Assembly: GCA_951406725.2 (NCBI GenBank)
Contig: OX597832.1
Coordinates: 69,502,001-69,566,000 of the forward strand
Direction of reading: 5' to 3'
DNA length: 64,000 nucleotides
From: Octopus vulgaris
Lineage: Eukaryota
The translations under genes were made by a program, and so were the position numbers. Of the stretch, positions 39,216-53,325 are shown one piece after another. The notes under the pieces are model-generated. The model did no database searches. It saw only the letters and a program-made list of their open reading frames with translations, and was not told where the DNA came from. The first letter of the stretch is position 1. Each line of letters opens with the position of its first letter.

Positions 39216-39466
39216 TAGTTGAAATTTATAGAAAATCAAAAGACGAAGACAGGTGTATGAACAACAAGCAGGTATGTTAGTTTACGTTTCGAGCCTATGC
39301 TCTTTAACAGAGTGGAATAAGAGAAAATAAACAGAGATGACCGCAAAATCTACTATAGGCTCGAAACGTAAAAGACTTTTTTCATTTTCCCAAGCGTCAA
39401 ACTAATACAACTGCTTGTTGTTCATACAGCTGCCTTTGTCTTTTGTTTTTCTGTAAATTTAAACTA
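39216..39466. mobile_element. Penelope-like fold-back unit, same family as 38292
   Basis: Arms about 39216-39298 and 39355-39466; GCTCGAAACGTAAA on both strands. Confidence 0.7.
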
Positions 39467-39653
39467 TATATTATACGCGCACGTGGTCACTCCAATTTTA
39501 TCCTGTCTTAACTCTCTACTCATTGATATTGCACATCAACCACTTCCCGAGCATTCTGAACCTCTCCTCATCTACATGCCAGCACTCCACCCGGATTACC
39601 AATGGATATACTGACTCTACTTTCGCGGACTTCATTGGGTTTTTTCGTTGATA

Positions 39654-39687
<34 letters not shown>

Positions 39688-39692
<5 letters not shown>

Positions 39693-41484
39693 GAGTATAG
39701 AAATTCGGGGTGAGTACTTGATAATTATAAGCACCTGTGTATACCGTTTGGTGGTGTAGGTGGTGGAGTAAATTGATCAAAATAAAATAAAAACATGATG
39801 CGAAGGATTCAGCGGTACATATGTTTCGGGCCTTTATTAGACAGATTTATAACAATGCATAATGTATGTCTGTGGCCTTCTTCAGCCGCGCACAACAGCT
39901 TCCGCAAGGACATGTGTTACATCAAAAATTCTTGGTTGGGGATGCAAATCCTCTCATTCACGTACGACATAATGCGGCAGCAGCATAGAATTGAAGCGTC
40001 CATCTCTTTCTTCTCTCAATGTAGAATGAGGAAAGTTGGATGTTGAGGTAATGTAAATAAATAAATACATATATAGATACATATATAGAGGTGAAGATGG
40101 AGGGGCGAGAGTTCGGGACGAGGGATAAAAAATGTATAAAAAGTGTAAGTATAGAATAATATAAAAATATAAAAATGTAGAGGATAAAGATATAAAGAGT
40201 TGTAAGGAGATGTAAAGGGGGTATAGAGAAATATAAAGAAATGTAAATAAATGTAAAGGCATAAGGTTATAAAGTAAAAATAGAAATAGAAATAAAAGTA
40301 AAAAAATCTGATAAGACCATGATAAAAGTGTAAAAGAATGTAAAGATAAGGGGTGTATAGAGGTTACGGACCAAGCATGGTGGTCAGGAGATTGATAAAA
40401 TTTAGTTGTAGAATTGTCAGTAAATCAACAGTAAATCAACAGTTTCGTCTGGGGACTTAATGCGTTGTAAATCAGAGCTGATGAGCATTTAATCTGGTTC
40501 CTTGAATTAAATGGACTTCTAGTACATACATATCATCATGGATACATACACCCACATACACGCGTACATATACGCCTCCAAGCATATAAGCATGCACACG
40601 CACTCGCGCCTAAACACGTACATAAACACACACGCACCCACACGCACGCGCGCACACACACATACATACACCAGAATATCCGCATATATACACGGACATT
40701 ACGCGCGTACACGCTCACATGCATATACGCGCGCCCATCACTACATACACACACGTATATGTCCACGCCTCTAGGTCCAGGTATAAGATATTAAAGGATG
40801 TGTATAAGAACGTAAGTAAAGAATCTCGTACTCATGTCAATACGCGCACGCACACACGGCTGTGTGTCCGTATGTGCGTGCACATATACACTCACATACA
40901 CACACAGAGAGACACACGCGCACATGGGTATAGCTATAGGATATCGCAGTATGCATGTACACATATGCGCGTGCATATGTATGCATGCGTATGCACACGT
41001 ACGCGGACGCTCGTATATTCAAAAGATGGATCCATAGGTAAGTAAATAAACATATATATAGGTGTAAAGCGATAAGTTAGGGGTAAGAATGAGGGTAAGG
41101 GTAAAGATTAGAAATAAAAAATACAGTATAAAATAAAGTATAAAATAAGAAATACAATGTAATAGTTAGAAATGAAGTATAAGAATTATAAAAATTATAA
41201 GAGTTAAGGTAAGGGATGAAAATGAAAATGAGAATAAATGGAAGCAGAATAAGAGTAAAAATAAAATTAAAAATAAAAATAAATGGAAGTAGGATAAAAA
41301 TAAAAATAAAAGTAAAAATAAAAAAAAAATAAAAATAAAATAAAATAAGATAAAAATATAATTTTGTAAAGTTTAACATGAGATGGAGGTGGTTGAAAGT
41401 TAGAGGTGTGTGTTAAACGTAGGGGCGGGCGGGGGGAACTGAAACCGCTGAATCCTTCGCATCATGTTTTTATTTTATTTTGAT

Positions 41485-41488
<4 letters not shown>
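39688..41488 (-). mobile_element. Penelope-like 3' region of about 1.8 kb with short inverted terminal copy
   Basis: 41444-41488 is the reverse complement of 39772-39816. Hammerhead at 39812-39889 (-). (TA)n on both sides. Confidence 0.7.
39812..39889 (-). ncRNA. Minimal hammerhead motif, canonical core (same family as 7982-8052)
   Basis: gcgg-CTGAAGA-AGGCC...GGCCC-GAAAC-ATAT-GTA-ccgc. Confidence 0.75.
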
Positions 41489-41533
<45 letters not shown>

Positions 41534-41899
41534 TATATATATATATATAATACAGCAATTAAATACAGGCATATACATAAACCTGATGAGTATATTTTGA
41601 TGGAATTAGAAAATACATAAATAAAAGATGCCAAATACAGAAATGGAGTTTTGTAATAGGCTTACCTTGATAGTTGTTTAGAATGAACAATGGCTTATAT
41701 ATTATTAATTAACCACGTTTATTGTATAATAAAAATCCACAGTGCCTCTTCCTACAGCCATGCATCTCCCCTTATTGATGTCGGACCATGTATTGAAACG
41801 AAGCGATGCAGAGATATGAAACGTCCAGTTTGTCTTCATCAACAGGGTTCTCCACAATACAACTCAACCTAGGGTGATCAGGGAACCTGAGGTGGCCGG

Positions 41900-42330
41900 C
41901 GCGAAAGGAACCAGCTTAGCCCCCACCCTGTAAATGTCCATATCCTTCTCCTCTTTCTAGGGGTTCAGCACCACCAAAATAAATTGGACGCCATCCAGGC
42001 CAACTTGATCTCGGACGGGCTGGTGCGCCGACCTCACCTGCACCGCCTGGCATGTTTTCGTTAAGCCTCCCAGCCTCACAGTTGTGGCTCGCTCAACGCA
42101 GAGCCATCATTCTTTACATCATTCGCCATTCTCTGACAGGTCTTGTGATCTGCCTATGGTAGTGGAGACCCTCCGGCGTTCTTGGCCCAAACTACAACCC
42201 TGCCCACTGCTATCTGGTGAAAGATGGTTTTCCGCAACTGCCAACCCCGTATGTCAGACTGGTTGTTCCAGTGCATCTCCCTTGCCATACACCAGGGCAA
42301 CACCTTCACGTCGGTCACGATGCTACTAAT
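41900..42330 (+). mobile_element. Decayed CRE-like non-LTR element, restriction-like endonuclease C-terminus
   Basis: WCADLTCT, PMVVET, WLFQCISLAIHQGN resemble the WD.T, P..VET.G and L.QR.S.AIQRGN motifs. Confidence 0.5.
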
Positions 42331-42819
42331 CATCTCTTCTCGGTTAGTAACAAGTTATCCTTCTAATCTGTTTCTTCATATTGCCAAACCTTTAGTAAGC
42401 ACTACAGATTCTGATCTAATCGCTCATTTCATGGAGATCCAACACCGGCTTCTACTGATTGCTCCCGTCAACTGCCGCTTAACTAGTTCATTAATCCGGT
42501 CCCTGTAAGGACGCGCTCAACTTGCAATCACTGGATCCCTGTATACAGGTTCTAACTAAATTGGTTGAGCAGATCCAAATCCAACCAAAGACACCTCTCA
42601 GAAAATTTTCAGACTCTTCTGCGATCGGACTTCTACGAGTTTTCTTGTTAAGACATATTATATAGATCACAGTTTGTGTGTGTATGTAATCTGATCCTTG
42701 AAGCCTAGTGGTAGAACAAGAACGGGTGAAACGGGCCGCACCTATCCCGACGGAGGCGGCCGTATATCGCAGCTATTGCGACGCGACGAGTGCACGGTCC
42801 CAAGTGGGCCACTTTTGGT

Positions 42820-42998
42820 AAACAGATTGGTGCAAGGGTGAAGGTAGAACACCTACAAAATCAGCATTGCTTGGAACTACGAGAATCCTTCGCAGAGGTT
42901 TTGAAGTATGACCAGAAAACAAGTGTCATCTTAGCCTGATAGCTGTGGACAGCTGACACCATCATATTCAGCAAAGTAAGCAGAGGGTTTTCATTAAA
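42820..42998 (+). mobile_element. R4/Dong-like element 3' end
   Basis: VEHLQ/SALLGTTRILRR (frameshifted LQK.ALLGT.RILR terminus), short UTR, then (TAC)(TAA)n. Confidence 0.65.
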
Positions 42999-43260
42999 TA
43001 CTACTACTACTAATAATAATAATAATAATAACAATTACTTTTATTGATCCTAATAAACATTATGATGACGATGATACTAGCATTCAATGCTCAAATCTAA
43101 TGCGCAAATTGTAAAATAAAGTATGGGAATATATGTTAAGATTCATATATTGATATATGTGTGTGAGCGTTTATATTACGTACACTTGTATGTGTGTGTG
43201 TCTGTATGTGTATGGCTTTGCCCGCGCGCGCGTATGTTGATATATGTATATATATATATA

Positions 43261-43762
<502 letters not shown>

Positions 43763-43766
43763 ACAT

Positions 43767-43826
<60 letters not shown>

Positions 43827-44206
43827 GTATGTATATGTATTTGTACATAACTGTACATTACAAAAGTCACTGAAAAGTCATTCATTCCAAAGTCACAGGG
43901 CAGTAAATGCGAATAATCATGCCCCTCATACAAAGACATGTATTACATTATACACACACACACACAGACACACACGCTCATACATACATACATACATACA
44001 TACATACATACATACATACATACATACGTATCTGCGAACAATTTTACAGATGAAGAAGCGAAAATAAAAGTAAAACTAAATACAAATAAAATATTATATA
44101 ATTAGCCAATAATTAATTATAAGCATTTATATTACGTACATCGAGAGGAAAAGAGAGAACAACGGACAGAAGAACAGACAGCGAGAGAGAAGGAGAGAGA
44201 GAGAAG

Positions 44207-44286
<80 letters not shown>

Positions 44287-44773
44287 GAAAGGGAGAGAGA
44301 GCAGGTACTGAATAAAATTTTAAACGCTGCCACAAACTTAACAATTATTTAGCAGCGATGTAACTGCTCACCAGAATTATTAAGCGTGTTTTTCAAGATT
44401 GCATTTCAAACGGCAATGAAATATCATTGAATTTGTCTTTTATGTTTTGTGAGAATTATAATAGAAAACTGGCGATATATATGTTACTTTATTCTATTCT
44501 TTTTTTTGTTTTCATTCTCTTTTTCTTCCATTTTATCGTTCTTTGTTTCTTTTCTTATTCCCATTATGATTATTGTCGCAGATATCTCGGAAGAATTTTC
44601 AAACATTCATTTGTATGTGCTGTATAATAATACCAGATCGGAAACGAGAGTAGGTTTTCAGTGTTTTGTTAGTCAATTGCGTCAATCTTTTGAAACGAAA
44701 TTTCATTCACAATATTGTAATTATAACAAAAGGACAAAAAATATCATTTATATAATAAAGGAATTATGGAATA

Positions 44774-44809
<36 letters not shown>

Positions 44810-45041
44810 GGCACACACACAGGCACACACACAATACACACACGCACACATACATGCACACACACACGCACATAGTGAAACACAACTATATGCGCATTGA
44901 AATATATATGTATATATATAAAAGCATATTACTATATTTACTACTACTACTACTACTACTACTAATACTACTACTACTACTACTACAGATGCTATGGCTC
45001 CACTTCGAGCATATATATATATATGCATATATATATATACA

Positions 45042-45114
<73 letters not shown>

Positions 45115-46462
45115 CTATGCACGTATAAATGTATGTTAGTGTATATATATGTGTGTGCATATACATATATGCGTGTTTGTATATATATATATATATATAT
45201 ATATATGCAAGTATATATATATATTTGTATGTGTGTGTGTGCGTGTGCGTGTGTGTGTATCAGTGAGAGAAAGAAAAGTTGTAGAGATTAGTATACGTCT
45301 CAATACACTTCTATGCTATAAAAACACAAAGATCTCTCTGCATTATGTACAACTCACTTGAATGACGCATTCAGCTTCCAGTAACCAGAGACCTGTCTAT
45401 GGCTTCTCTTTATACCAAACAATCATTTCACAAATGTTTCAAATGTGATATTCGAATAGTGAAATGTGTCGGCATTCTATATTATTCTATACGCTGATCT
45501 AACAAATACCCACTATGTAGAATGGATGAGGATGAGGGAAACAGATGTGTACATTTCAAACAGTTGGAAAATAATTTTGTGTCTTTTACACATTTCGCTC
45601 AACTGGTGACGTGCAGTGGCAGCGTGCGTCAAAAATGTCTTTCAAGTCTCCGATTAGCGCTGAATGTTGAAACATACCAAAGCTTCTCGATTCCTGGTGA
45701 AATATGGCATAGGCAATCACTAATCTCCCTGCACCGTCCTTGTTGTAGTTCACTTAGTGCAATGCCAGTTTGTCGAACGGGTTCAAGAAGACCGTTCTTA
45801 CTTAAAAATCGGAAAATTTAGCAGCAGCTTCATCTCCACCATTTCGTAATGTAAACCTTATAATCTTTCTCTACGGGTGAGGTGTGTACAGCTCGGAAAT
45901 TCTTGTCTTCAATATGGTTTTCACTTCTATATTTAATGAAAAGAGATCGTTATGGAAGCAGCCTTACATTTAGGCTGACCTCAGGTGACCTGCTTTTATT
46001 CATTTTAAGGCTCATTTTACACATTTTGACCGGAAATAATTCAAAGAAAGCAGTCACTCGTGAAAGACAGTTAATCCTGTCTTTGAGCGAGTTGAAGATC
46101 CTTGGGTATATATATATAATACATGTCTACATGCATACAGAGAGAGAGAGAGAGAGAGAGGTTGAGATTTTGTCCTGGTGTTGCCTCTTCCAGTCACAGG
46201 GCATTTGGATATTCTTCCTCCGTTAGCTGGGACACATCTAGAACTAACTTCACCGAATATTCATTTGATGGAGGTTTTGAAATTAAACCTTTCGAAATAC
46301 TCGCTCTTGGTCCCTATGCCTTTCTTTACAGCAATGTACTGCAATCGATGATAATGCCTGACCCCCTCCTTTTCGAAACTGCTTGAATCATCATATCGTC
46401 GCCGTCGTCAACGCAGTTGTGGTAGGCACCATCATCATCACTATCACTATCATCATCATTAC

Positions 46463-46622
46463 CAGTAGTAGTAGTAGTAGTAGTGGTGGTGGTGGTGGTA
46501 GTAGTTGTATTTCTGATTGAATCGTAGGCAGCAGATAATCAGAGCCAAAATATTAGCAACCGCGAAAAATAAAATTTTTGAATAACACCTCCATTGAATG
46601 TCGATGTATTTTGCCAAATCCT
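46463..46622 (+). repeat. Source copy of a local direct duplication of about 160 bp (second copy at 48161-48329)
   Basis: The non-microsatellite part is identical between the copies by eye. Confidence 0.9.
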
Positions 46623-47004
46623 TGCTTGGTGCAGACAGAAATAGGCTGGTAGTTGACTTCGACACAATATCAAACCCCACGAATGCAATGCACACAAAGA
46701 AATACCTCATTTACTGTACTCACTGTTCTTATAAACGATGTCATACATTACTCGAGCGGAAATTAAAATAAACACAAATTATATAAGGATTTTTAAAAAA
46801 AGTGATAAAAATAAAATTATGAAAATAAAATAAGATAAATATGAATACGAAATGAACAGCGTGCATGTTTGTTTGATTAATTTATAGTTTGTAATGTTTG
46901 TAAATCATAATTCAATGTCCTAAGAGATATGACTACCGATCTGTTTTGCCCATTCTTTGCATGAGAAAATACTCTCTGTAAAGAAGCAAAAAAAAAAGGA
47001 AAAA

Positions 47005-47068
<64 letters not shown>

Positions 47069-47769
47069 GCAATAAACACAAGAAGTTTAAAAACCAGCCT
47101 GTAGATCAAAAGGAAAGCTATTATAATCAGACCATTTACGTTGGCTTGAAACCGGTTTGTTTGGAGTTTTTGTTTTCGATAAATTAATAGCGTGCCATAA
47201 TTTCACCTCTTAAATTGATTATTAATGATCGTTTTTCAGTATTTGATGTGTTTCATGTTGATATTCATTCAGAAAGATAAACTATAATTTAGTCTCCGAA
47301 TGTCAGAAGCTTTAACCTAATAGTTTAATAATGTGGCTCCTTTTAAAGTGGTAATCGCAATTCTATTGAGTAGCCTAAACGTTTATGGTATGTATGTATG
47401 TATGTATGTATGTATGTATGCATGTATGTATAATGTCTGTATATATGTATGTATTAACCATATATGAATGTATGTATATATTTATGTACGTGCGTATGTA
47501 TGCATGCATGTACGCATGCACGCATGCATGTATGTACGTATGTATCTATGTATGTACATACGTATACATGCATGCATGTATGCTTACACACATGTATGTA
47601 TGTATATTTGTATGTATGTATGTATGTATGTATGTATGTATGTATGTATGTATGTATGTATGTTTGTATGCATGTATATTTTTGTTTTTTGCTTTTCCTT
47701 TACTGGTTTCAGCCAAAGGCTTGGGCCATGCTGCAGCACCGTCTCTCAATGTATTTGAGCTTCCTTTCC

Positions 47770-48100
47770 GTGATGTTTTTTGATGGAGTAGTGAGGTAGA
47801 CTGAGCTATCTTACTTTGTGCCATCCTGTCACGTTTGTTCATCTCGTATATGAGAGAGAAATTTGTCCAAACGCCCTTCCGTGATCCACACATGTGTACC
47901 TCGCAAGTCTCTGAGAAAGTTCGATAGACTATTAAATTGTTGTGAACCTATGAAAGCCAAAATTCTACAGTGCTAAGTCCTAATTCAACAAGGAGAAGAC
48001 ATGATCTTTAGTATTGTGCAGCGCTGTCTACTTCGGTAGTTGGTATATCTTTCAGTTCCAAAGTTGGGATCTAGACCGTCCGAATATTCCATATGCATTT
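47770..48100 (-). mobile_element. Highly decayed mariner-like remnant
   Basis: GSRKGVWT...EMNKRDR resembles the G.WVPH.L.E.N...R linker. Weak match. Confidence 0.35.
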
Positions 48101-48339
48101 CATTGTATATTTTCACGTCTTCTCTCTAGAGAGTAGAGCGTCAGTTTCTTTAACCTCTCTCAGTAGTAGTAGTAGTAGTAGTAGCAGTAGTAGTAGTGGT
48201 GGTGGTAGTAGTTGTATTTCTGATTGAATCGTAGGCAGCAGATAATCAGAGCCAAAATATTAGCAACCGCGAAAAATAAAATTTTTGAATAACACCTCCA
48301 TTGAATGTCGATGTATTTTGCCAAATCCTCTCTCAGTTC

Positions 48340-48409
<70 letters not shown>

Positions 48410-48878
48410 ATATATATATATATACATCTGTCCTCTCTCTATATATATATATGTAAATTGTTGTTGTGTGTGTGTATGCACTCACACACATATTGATATA
48501 TACTTATGAATGGTATACATAGTATACACACACATATGATATAACGTTGTTTCTAAATATACCTACACGTATTCATTCACCTACAGGCATGTCTTATCAA
48601 AAGTCAACTCAGACAAATGCAGACAAATTCAGAATTGTGTTCCGCCCACGAACTCTATGTGGCTTCATTTATAAATTTTCCATATTCTAATGAATACATT
48701 TCACATGCATAGAGTCAAACGTTCACACATTTATACGTTGTGTGTGTGTGTGTGTATGTGTGTGTGTGTCAGTGTGTGTGTGCGCGCGTATTATGTCTGT
48801 GTGTTGGCAATGGTTTGCCTGAAACGTGTGATGAGTTACCAGTTCAGGAATAACTCTATGGCAACAATCATGGATACA

Positions 48879-49464
48879 CTCTTGTTTTACTTGTTTCAGT
48901 TTCATTCACGTGACTGCAGCCATGCTGGATCACCGCCTTCAAGAGTTTTTCAGTTGAAACCGCCCCCACCATGAATTATTCCTTTGTAAGCCTAGTACTT
49001 ATTCTATCTTTTGACGAACCACTTGATTACGGAGACTTAAACTCACCAACATCAGTTGTAAAGCGATACGGTGGATGGGGAGACAAACACAGACAGAAAT
49101 ATATATATATATATTTAATGTACGATAAAATTTTTTCGAAAAAAATTTTTATCAATGGCCAGCATATTAAAAAATATCATAAATAACTTATAAATAAAGG
49201 CAACCGAAAAAATTTCTAATGCCAAATATGCCGAAAATTGGACATATTGTCCCTTACCATATAATTTTTCACAATACGCACGCTATTCGAAAAAAAAGTC
49301 GACAGAAATTTCTAAAAAATTCCATTAATGGAATTTTAGAAATTTCTGTCGGCTTTTTTTCGAGTAGCGTGCGTATTGTGAAAAATTATATGGTAATGGA
49401 CAATATGTCCAATTTTCGGCATATTTGGCATTATAAATCTTTTCGTTTGCCCTTATTAATAAGT

Positions 49465-49502
<38 letters not shown>

Positions 49503-49663
49503 TATATACGACTTCTTTAAGTTGTTGTGTACCATATCCACTTACAAGGCCTTGGTGTGATCCGAGGTTGTAATGGAAGATACTTACAGAAACTTCCACG
49601 CTGTGTGACTGAAACCAGAACCATGTTGTTTGAAAGCAAGCTTCTTATCACTCAGTGACGCCT
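48879..49663 (-). mobile_element. tRNA-derived SINE (family of 1569-5085), split by a palindrome in its internal (TA)n
   Basis: Head AAGAAGCTTGCTTTC..ACATGGTTCTGGTTTCAGTC at 49600-49650; tail GGCGGTGATCCAGCATGGCTGCAGTC..GAAACAAGTAAAA at 48885-48937. Confidence 0.75.
49115..49466. repeat. Loopless palindrome (arms about 49185-49326 and 49327-49466) with one-sided extension
   Basis: Centre CCATT|AATGG; arms are reverse complements with scattered mismatches. Confidence 0.9.
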
Positions 49664-49714
49664 ATACACACACACGCACGCACACATAAACACACACACA
49701 CACACACACACACG

Positions 49715-49752
<38 letters not shown>

Positions 49753-49832
49753 CACACACATATATATATATAAAGGGAAGTGCACACAGTTTGCATAGTT
49801 TTGATATATTTTAAATGAAAGAGTATTATAGT

Positions 49833-49865
49833 TGTCAACTGGTTTCGCTTTCGCTAATCATAACA
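49833..49865 (-). ncRNA. Ultra-short (33 nt) hammerhead motif, A3:U8 variant, in a probable Penelope-like 3' end starting at about 49772
   Basis: tgtt-ATGATTA-GC(GAAA)GC-GAAAC-CA-GTT-gaca, about 60 nt upstream of a (TA)n junction. Confidence 0.55.
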
Positions 49866-51183
49866 TTGTAATTATTGTAATTTCGTATTTTCTTCAGAAA
49901 CTTTATTCCACGTTCTTGTATAAAAGTTTGTGAATGAACCAACATGAAGAAAAATCAGTTGATAGTTATTACTCGGGACAGGGGAGGTAATTTCTCATTT
50001 TTGGGATAGAATAAATAAAGATACAAAACTCATACGCTAAACAAGTGAGATGTAATATGTAGAGTGGTGGATGTGTGATCATGAATTAAAATATATACTG
50101 CGACCTATGTTGGTTATGCGTTCATATTTAGATGTTTTTTTTTGTATTTTTCGATAAATAAATTATCTTTATTTAAACGTTCATGTACAGAAATGGTTTC
50201 TTTGTCCTGATAGATGGGAAAACTCTGAAATTTGGTTGGAGATTCCTTGCACATCTCTCTATGTGTTCATTCAACGGTATTTGTCAATAGAGAATGAAAA
50301 GAAAGGTGTAGAGTTAAACGCCCCAACATAGCGGCCGATTAAGAAAAGAGGTTGAAAGAAAGGGAGATAATAATTAAAAAAAGAGGTTGAATGAAAATGA
50401 GTTGACGAGAGGGTGTGCGCGCGCGCGCGTGTGTATGTGAGAATGATGTGTGTGAGAGTGTAAGTGTTTATGTGTGAATAGGGGTGAATGACGCTGACGT
50501 GTGTGGGTGGGCGTGTGTGACGTGTGAGTGTGTGTGTGTATGCTGTGTGTAGCAGTTGATTGTGCTTTTTCATGTGGTGTGTGCACGTGTCTGTTTGTGT
50601 ATGTATGTGTATGCTTGTATATGTATGTGTTTGTGTTTGTGTGTGCGTGTGTGCTCACATGTTCATTACACAATGCGCTGAAATGTGTGATACGTTACTA
50701 AAATTTTTGGGTTCGATTGATAGTTCTAACCGCTACGTGATAAGCTCTGACGATAACTGTCCCCATACATGCTAATGTGCGAAGCCTGAGCCACATTATA
50801 GTAATAATAAACACTTAAGACGTTATCGTTATTTCCTATTGTTTATTAAGTTATTTACCGTTATCACATAAGGCTTTTGGCTCTCTTACATTATAAAGTC
50901 GAATGACTTTCTCTGTATTATCAGTAAAAATTACAATCTGAAAATATGTGAATACCTTCATATATAGTAGTACAAAAATTTTGCCCCATTTACTTGGTAA
51001 ATCAGAATAAAGAATGGCAGTGTGTGAGGCAGTAGCATTGTGTGAGAGAGAAATATTAGCGGGGAGATAGGAATGCTTTAATGCCTACACTTAACCTAGT
51101 ACACATTCTTCTGGATCAACACGCACTCACACACCCTTACATCGAAACACGCACATACAAATATACATACACACACACACACA

Positions 51184-51238
<55 letters not shown>

Positions 51239-51527
51239 GTATGTATATGTATATATATATGGATAAATTAAGAAATGGAGTCAACTGCAGGTGTTATTCA
51301 AATCATTTATATTTTCGAAACATGTTGGAAGTAGAAATGATTTGAATAACACCTGCGTTCGACTTAATTTATCCATGTTATACCAAAACATCTCACTTAA
51401 CCCTGGAATTTCTACTCTTATAAGAAGGCTGTAATATCTTTGGCACTTATGTGAATTTTCGTTACCTTGGTAAATATGTTTATTTTTTTCCTTGTTATTT
51501 ACACACACTGAGAAAAGATATGCATAC

Positions 51528-51571
<44 letters not shown>

Positions 51572-52051
51572 ATATTTCGGAATGGTCATATTGCCAGTTT
51601 AGCCAATAAAAACACACGCACTATATATTTGGTGTTATTTTGCTTCAGTGATATTTATTTTTTACATTAATCTTAATCTTATTTCGGCCAAAGTTCTTTC
51701 GTCACACTCCTGTGACCGCATCAGTGGTCCTTTGTTTTCTTCTCACTTACTTGTGTCTCTCCTTACTAACCGTCAGCCATTTTGTATTTCTATTGTATGT
51801 CTTCATTTGCGCATGCTTATATCTCTATGTGCGTCTATGTTTATTTAGTGTGTGGGGGGGGATGCCTGTAATATTTGTATCTTCTGGTTATATACATTCT
51901 TGTAATTTGTATTTTGTTTTTGTTGTTGTTGCTTTTGTTCTAATTTTATTCATGTGTTTACATCCACCCATTATTATCATTACATATGCTTGTATGTATG
52001 TATAACAACAATATTAGTAATAATAATAATAAATCTAATCGAGAAAAAAAA

Positions 52052-52537
52052 AGGACCCTAGATAAACTTAAACTAAGAATTAAGGTTGTTGAAAAGCCAG
52101 GCAACCCTATCAGATCTATAATTGGTAGAACCTATCCTTTTAGTAGAACTCTCTGTACGGATAACTATTGCACTGTATGTAGATTTAGCCCACAAACGAA
52201 CTGTAAAGCCAGAAATGTGGTCTATAGTATAAGATGTATAGAGGGACGATGCAGTAACAAGACAGTAACATACGTAGGGGAAACTGCAAGAAGCATTGGT
52301 GAGCGGGTGAATGAACATTGGAGACAACTCAAGGAAGGTAAAAGCTCATCGATTCTGTACCAACACGCCGAACAAGAACACGGGGGATCAATCAATAACA
52401 TAGAGATTAAGATATTGTCCACACATAGAACAGATGCAACAATTAGACAAATTACAGAAGCTACACATATAATAGAAAATAAACCTAGCCTGAATAGAAA
52501 ACTAGAATGGAGCAATAGCGCACACCACAACATATGA
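52052..52537 (+). pseudogene. Penelope-type GIY-YIG endonuclease with Cys-rich linker, 5'-truncated but uninterrupted
   Basis: PF..C....C..C......NC, VVYSIRC...C, YVGET, R..EH, H...H, RQITEA.HI....PSLN. The ORF-track start at 51986 comes from the inverted arm. Confidence 0.9.
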
Positions 52538-52643
52538 CAATAGTGGATCCTGCAAACATAATAAATACACAGGTAATTAAAGAAATAGAAATGAATATCT
52601 ATATATATGTATATGTGTATATATATGTATATGTATATGTGTA

Positions 52644-52686
<43 letters not shown>

Positions 52687-53062
52687 GTATATGTATGTAT
52701 ATATATATATATGTATATGTATATTCTTTTTTTTTTTTTTTTTTTTTTCTCGATTAGATTTATTATTATTATTACTAATATTGTTGTTATACATACATAC
52801 AAGCATATGTAATGATAATAATGGGTGGATGTAAACACATGAATAAAATTAGAACAAAAGCAACAACAACAAAAACAAAATACAAATTACAAGAATGTAT
52901 ATAACCAGAAGATACAAATATTACAGGCATCCCCCCCCCACACACTAAATAAACATAGACGCACATAGAGATATAAGCATGCGCAAATGAAGACATACAA
53001 TAGAAATACAAAATGGCTGACGGTTAGTAAGGAGAGACACAAGTAAGTGAGAAGAAAACAAA

Positions 53063-53107
53063 GGACCACTGATGCGGTCACAGGAGTGTGACGAAAGAAC
53101 TTTGGCC
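53063..53107 (+). ncRNA. Hammerhead-like motif, A9C variant (mirror copy at 51686-51730, -)
   Basis: ggacca-CTGATGC-G-GTCAC(aggagt)GTGAC-GAAAG-AA-CTT-tggcc. Confidence 0.6.
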
Positions 53108-53282
53108 GAAATAAGATTAAGATTAATGTAAAAAATAAATATCACTGAAGCAAAATAACACCAAATATATAGTGCGTGTGTTTTTATTGGCTAAACTGGC
53201 AATATGACCATTCCGAAATATAACAATATCTGTTTCAACACACGACTTCACATAAAAAATCTTGCACAACAAATATTTAAAC

Positions 53283-53321
<39 letters not shown>

Positions 53322-53325
<4 letters not shown>

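Larger units (their letters stand above)
51565..53283 (+). mobile_element. Young 5'-truncated Penelope-like element with inverted 3'-end duplication of about 485 bp
   Basis: Arms about 51565-52051 and 52740-53229 look identical (ORFs 51648..51848 + and 52945..53145 - give the same peptide). GIY-YIG ORF in the spacer; (TA)n on both sides. Confidence 0.9.

Noticed and set aside
40478-41600. CTGATGAG matches at about 40478 and 41583
   Set aside because: No closing stem II plus GAAA and UH downstream.
46459-46710. 83-aa ORF with two hydrophobic stretches
   Set aside because: No recognisable motif, ends in microsatellite, no supported splice context.
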